A DNA stretch of 64,000 bases from Azolla caroliniana (lineage: Eukaryota > Plantae > Polypodiophyta): assembly GCA_043228905.1 (NCBI GenBank), contig JBHGNT010000015.1, positions 5,456,001 through 5,520,000 of the forward strand, read 5' to 3'. A program made the translations under genes and the position numbers. The notes below the pieces were generated by a model. That model was not told the DNA's origin. It saw only the letters and a list, made by a program, of their open reading frames with translations, and did not search any database. Shown piece by piece: positions 59,101 through 64,000 of this stretch (the first letter of the stretch is position 1; every line of letters starts with the position of its first letter).

Positions 59101-60684
59101 CATGAAACATCATATGGGCATATGAGTGGGTCATTTGGGTTTTATTTTGGTGAGGCAGTCAATCCTATTCATGTTTTAGGTATTCTCTCTCTCTCTAGGT
59201 TTGTCGTGGGACATTTGAGTATGGAATGGTTAGGTCTGTGCCTGACTGAGTGTAGCAGGAAATATTTGGGCGTCCCACATAGGAAGGCCGGAGAAGGCTA
59301 TGGCTATAAATAGCGAGGGGCTTCTCTGTTTATCTTCATCTTTGCGCTTGGGGCAATGACGCAGTTAGTGAGGGCTTCCCGAGACGCGTCAATTGCTGGT
59401 TGAAAACTATTTCCAACCCCCCTCCCCGGCTCCTGCTAAAGGAGCCCCGGAGAATTTTTGCAAAGGCCCTTGCTCCTCTCCGGATGAGTGGGCCTCTAAA
59501 AAACACACACACAAACAAGAAGGGCCACTAGAATTTGCTATTTCTCAAACTTTTTATTCTAACAAATCTTTTGCTGTATGCTTTGGAGATTATAAACCAC
59601 TCTTATGGTTTCTGATATCGATCTGACTTCGTCTTTCACAATTGCAATGGGTAACGATTCAGTTTGAATCATGATAGTAGATACTTTGGGTTGTCGGTTT
59701 AAATGGTTCGGTTTCAGTTTGAACCTTTATTGGCTTAACGGATTCTTAACGACAGGCTTATTGATTTACAGTTTAAATGGTTCGGTTCAGTTTGAGCCTT
59801 TATTGGCTTAACGTATTTTAAACGGCTTATTGATTCAGGTTGACTCTTTTTTCAAATATTTTCTTCAGCCACCTTTTTCAAAGGTTAATTATGCCATTTT
59901 AGGAAAGTTTGAATCTTGATTTGAAAATTTTGGAACTAAGTTGGAAAAACACACAAACTCTTAACAAATTAGATGATTAGAGACTTTGCAAGCTTGTTGC
60001 AAATCATTAGGGCTTAACAACAAATCTCGGAATGTGTCATTTGTTAGAGATACATAGTGTGAAATAGGAAATGATGTGTCATTTGTTAGAGATACATAGT
60101 GTGAAATAGGAAATGCCACGTTGGATTTATAACCCATTCATTGCTTGACATGTGTGTCTATTGCTTTCTTTCTTTCTTTTGTCCATTGGTCGAAACACAC
60201 CTGCAAGGAGTCCTTTGTGATCGTCTATATACGTCACACAAATTTTCCAGTGTCCCAAAGTCTTGTCTTTGTAACCTTTAGGATGTGGGTATAATAAAAT
60301 AAGCACCAAGCACGCGTTGTTTCACATGGTCAAGTTTCCTCAGTAGCGTGTGGGTCGAAGATTTCGAGAGACACGTTCACCTTGAGGTCTATGAAGGTCT
60401 AACCTTGCATTTGACATGGTTCGTAAATTAGTGTGCCTACGTTGGTTGTTTCACAATTACTCTTTGGAAATGAGACGCTACTTAATAACGTCACAAATAC
60501 AATGTTAGAAAGGAGTTTCATCATACATACGAGAACTCACATCCCAAATTAATGGAGCTTGTTCCATCATACATAAATTGATGGGCATTTATCAAAGAAG
60601 GGCGTTATGAGCTTCGTTTGTAGTCACCTAAAAAGTGTTTCATGGGAGATAAAACGGAGATGAAGGTGGTAGACACAAACATAT

Positions 60685-60836
60685 ATCCCACATGTGAAGA
60701 AATGTTTGGGTGTGTCCTATAAGAACCAAAGCAAGGCATCATAACGATTTATACCTTTGTTGGCCTTTTGGCTAAAATCAAGTGCAGTATTTGTTCTCAT
60801 CAATTTAATATTTGATACGTGGCTACATGATATTAG
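60685..60836 (+). pseudogene. U2: Truncated U2 snRNA pseudogene (60751-60836) with USE/TATA promoter
   Basis: USE atcccacatgt 60685-60695 and tataag at 60718. The U2 5' part has a mutated branch-point box (gcagta) and homology ends before the Sm site. Confidence 0.85.
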
Positions 60837-62599
60837 TTAACATATGAAGAGAGAGAGAAAAAAAGAAAGAAAGATGTATTAATGACTTCTAAGGCCAAAA
60901 TTGGTTTACAACAAAAATCGGTATTTAACGAAGGGTTTAGGACAGATCCTTTGAGGAAAAATGCCATTCTGTTAGTGATCATATAGAAGGGCTTAATTTA
61001 GGGTAAATTCACTACATGTAGCTAGATACATACCAGTGGTACGATCAATGTGGACGCATTAACGGACTACGAACTGCAAATCACAAAACCGTAGGACAGA
61101 CAGGTAGTTCAATGGATGCGCAGCGCAGCGCAGCACACATTCATTACACACAGGATCTGATGGATATATGTGCTGTCGTAGCAGAGGATATGCTTGGCGC
61201 CGTAAGGGCGTCTGACAGATTTATGCATCTGACCGACTTGGCCCAATGCCTCTCTTATTTCATACCATTCCTGCTCGTGGCTCACAGCAGAAACAAAACG
61301 CAGTTTTGCGATTATTGATCATTGCGATTATATAGCTTAGAGGAAGGAGGGTTCGTCTTTCTTAAGACATTTTTGGATTGGATGCCTTGGGAGAGATTTG
61401 AACCAAGTTCGGAATTAAGTTACGGACGAAGTGAGTAGAAGACGCCGTGTACATGGCTGAAAGTGCTTATTGTTTGTTAAATTTAAATTGTCTCTTACTT
61501 AGCCCCTTCACGTCTCACATCTTTGGACCTTGGTTCCTATCTATATATGTATATAGAGATTATCACACCTCATATACACCCAACTCACCTCGATTTTCCT
61601 TTTTATACAATATGTTACCTGCAATGATTGGATACCAATGTTGTGACGTACAAACGAGGCACCAATCTTAGCGATTGGTGCCTCGTTTGTACGTCACTTG
61701 CTTCTCAATGAACATGTGACTCCAATCAAACCTTAATGACGTCACATTCCAATGACCTAAAAATCTTGGGACAAAACAAACGTGACCAAAACTACGAAAA
61801 ATGGAAAATTTGCAATGATTTCCCATATGGAACTCGAGTATTAGGCCTACAACAAAATCTACAATCTTAAGGAGTGGGTTTAACATACATGTGATCGAAA
61901 TTGATGGTAAGATACAATGAGGTTGAGACCACAACCAAATTCCTATATGGGAATGTGATTGTGCATTTGAAGTGCCCTCTAGAGGTTGTAATCGATTGAT
62001 GTTCTCATTACCTTAATGATGTCATGGTTCACCTTTTAGGCAAGCATCAAAAGAGCTCCCCTTACCACCATAGATGCAATGGACAAGCGGAGAGATAGCT
62101 CTAACAAGATTCTTTTTAGTGTCCTCTCTAAAATAGTCATCATTATCAAGATCATATTATAGCCAATAGATATGTGTGGAACTGTTTTCTTTTTGAACTT
62201 CCTATCAAGTAGCCACATGACACACCATTTTGGCTAGTCTATGAGCAAGACACCATTGTGCCAATAGAGTTTGTAATATCTAACCTACAGATAGCCATCC
62301 AAGAAGTAAAGTTTGGTTCAATAACAAGATCAAGGACAAAGACCTAGAGGAAGGGTACATAGCCCTCATGTTCTCCTCACTCTTACCATGGATACGCCAT
62401 GTGCCACCTCCGACCTATGAGCAATGTATATTCTATATGCCTATATCTCCACTTGATGGTTCTTTATACTCATCTCATTTCTTAGGGTAGTAGAAATTTG
62501 TCTTGTGGTAGTTTTTATCTTGGTTTTCTACACATAAGAATAAGAGTGCCCGTGTTAATTAATTGAGAATGCAAAGAGGGGGGGGGGGGGATTACTTTT

Positions 62600-63690
62600 A
62601 ACGTTAGGGATTGAGACAACCCATGAGGGCCAAGTTTGAACTGGTATTGGGGCCTTGCGTCTTTCTATAAATATGACGCTTAACAACCCTAATGAGGGGC
62701 ATTGTTGGACTTCACTGAGACCGTGAACTTGTTGTGAACATGCACTTGTGACACACGCTCGAAAGTCGCCATTGAAAGAACTTTTGTATCTCCTTTCCGT
62801 TAATCAGTAATCTTTCTTTCTAGATTATTTCATGTCCCTTACTTATACATGTTCAAGTCATTATTTTAACGTATAAATTGTTGGATTATGTTGTCTTGGT
62901 CATACTTTATGTGTATAAATCGTATGTGTTAAATTTATGCTTATGAGGTTTGTGCCTACATACGTATTACATTATTTATTATGTTATTCGAAATTCATGT
63001 TATACATGTTTAATAAGAGATGTGTGTGATATGTGTACGAGGTGAATACCTCCTTTCATATACTTCTTTGGCTGTGGCATTCCTGTACAAGCCATTGGAT
63101 TGTGTGTTCGTTGAAGATTCGTTTAAGTAGATATATGGAATCACTTGTACGTCATGTATGTGATCTTAGACATGTTGTAGACATGTAGTGTGCAAGCTAA
63201 GAATTTGTTATACGATATTGGTATGTTGGATGGTGTGCTTTTCGAGCTTTAGGATCGTATTGGCTGTCTTCACATTTTTGTGGGGAAAGCGTGGTGACCA
63301 CCCTTATTTAACAACATTAGTGTTATTACCCTTGGTCGCCCCGATTTTGCCATATGTAAAAATTAAGCAAGCATGGCCACGATGATGTGCGTGAATGTTG
63401 CCTTAGATATGGTCACACACCTATTCCCCATCCATTTAAGGGAAGTAAGGGTTTCACCCACTTCACATTGGGTCACCCTCACAGAGGCCGCATTCAATCC
63501 TCCCCATACGTTACATGATTAGGGGGCTATCACGAGACCATGATTGTGAAAGGCATCAGTTATGAAATAACCATGTGACTGGCCACACTAGCTTTAATGC
63601 GGAAAAAATGGCCCATGTCTGCGTGGCCATTAGGTTGCTAGTTAGTGTGTTTCTTTGTCATGACAAGACTTTAGGTTGGGTATCGTGACA
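62600..63690 (+). mobile_element. Gypsy LTR-like remnant
   Basis: TATA ctataaata at ~62665 and a terminus gggtatcgtgaca ending at 63690. The left end is not defined. Confidence 0.4.
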
Positions 63691-63940
63691 ACGTAGTTAC
63701 CTAGTTACAACGACGCGGGGCATATACCCTTGAGGTTTATGCACGTCATTCAAGTAATTGTAAATGCGCTTTCCCTTGTCATGCATTGGACCTAATGATT
63801 TACTATGTACAAACGAGGTATACCAATGGATCTCCATTACAATTCTTATTTGATTCACAAAGCTCACACGATTTCGTGAATGTTCGTTGGTTGAGATATT
63901 GGGACACCAAAGTTTGCTTAAATAGTGATTATATATATAT

Positions 63941-63982
63941 ATCCCACATGGGGATGCATGTTTGGGTGCATCCTATAAGAAT
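63941..63982 (+). promoter_or_regulatory. Fourth snRNA promoter (USE + TATA); predicts a U2 copy starting ~7 nt beyond the window
   Basis: (TA)n-atcccacatgg 63941-63951, a 22-nt spacer, tataagaa at 63974, and downstream aagcaggg similar to the other U2 promoters. Confidence 0.8.
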
Positions 63983-64000
63983 CAAAGCAGGGCTACAGGA

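Noticed and set aside
56200-59640. LTR-like and retroelement-like remnants (TATA at ~59305, PBS-like ttgtatcaa at ~58277)
   Set aside because: Boundaries and TSDs could not be matched; too decayed to call.

Overview
This is eukaryotic nuclear DNA from a land plant, most likely a non-seed plant. That call is inferred from a Tcn1-type chromovirus, a tRNA-Trp-primed non-chromovirus Gypsy and plant USE/TATA snRNA promoters. Positions 610-994 hold the last three exons of a spliced gene. Positions ~5.5-38.2 kb are a deeply nested stack of LTR retrotransposons: six degenerate Ty1/copia copies, a complete GC-rich Gypsy (14611-27169) and, inside its 5' LTR, a young near-intact chromovirus (14800-20469), plus solo LTRs and a hAT MITE. 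Positions ~38.7-64 kb are a rearranged segmental-duplication array of U2 snRNA genes, pseudogenes and Gypsy debris. Most unusual: (1) antisense tRNA-like Pol III A/B boxes with identical spacing in the LTRs of two unrelated Gypsy families; (2) U2 promoters with the USE-TATA geometry typical of Pol III genes in flowering plants; (3) self-priming and -1 frameshift RNA signals in the two Gypsy elements. All comparisons and counts were made by eye.
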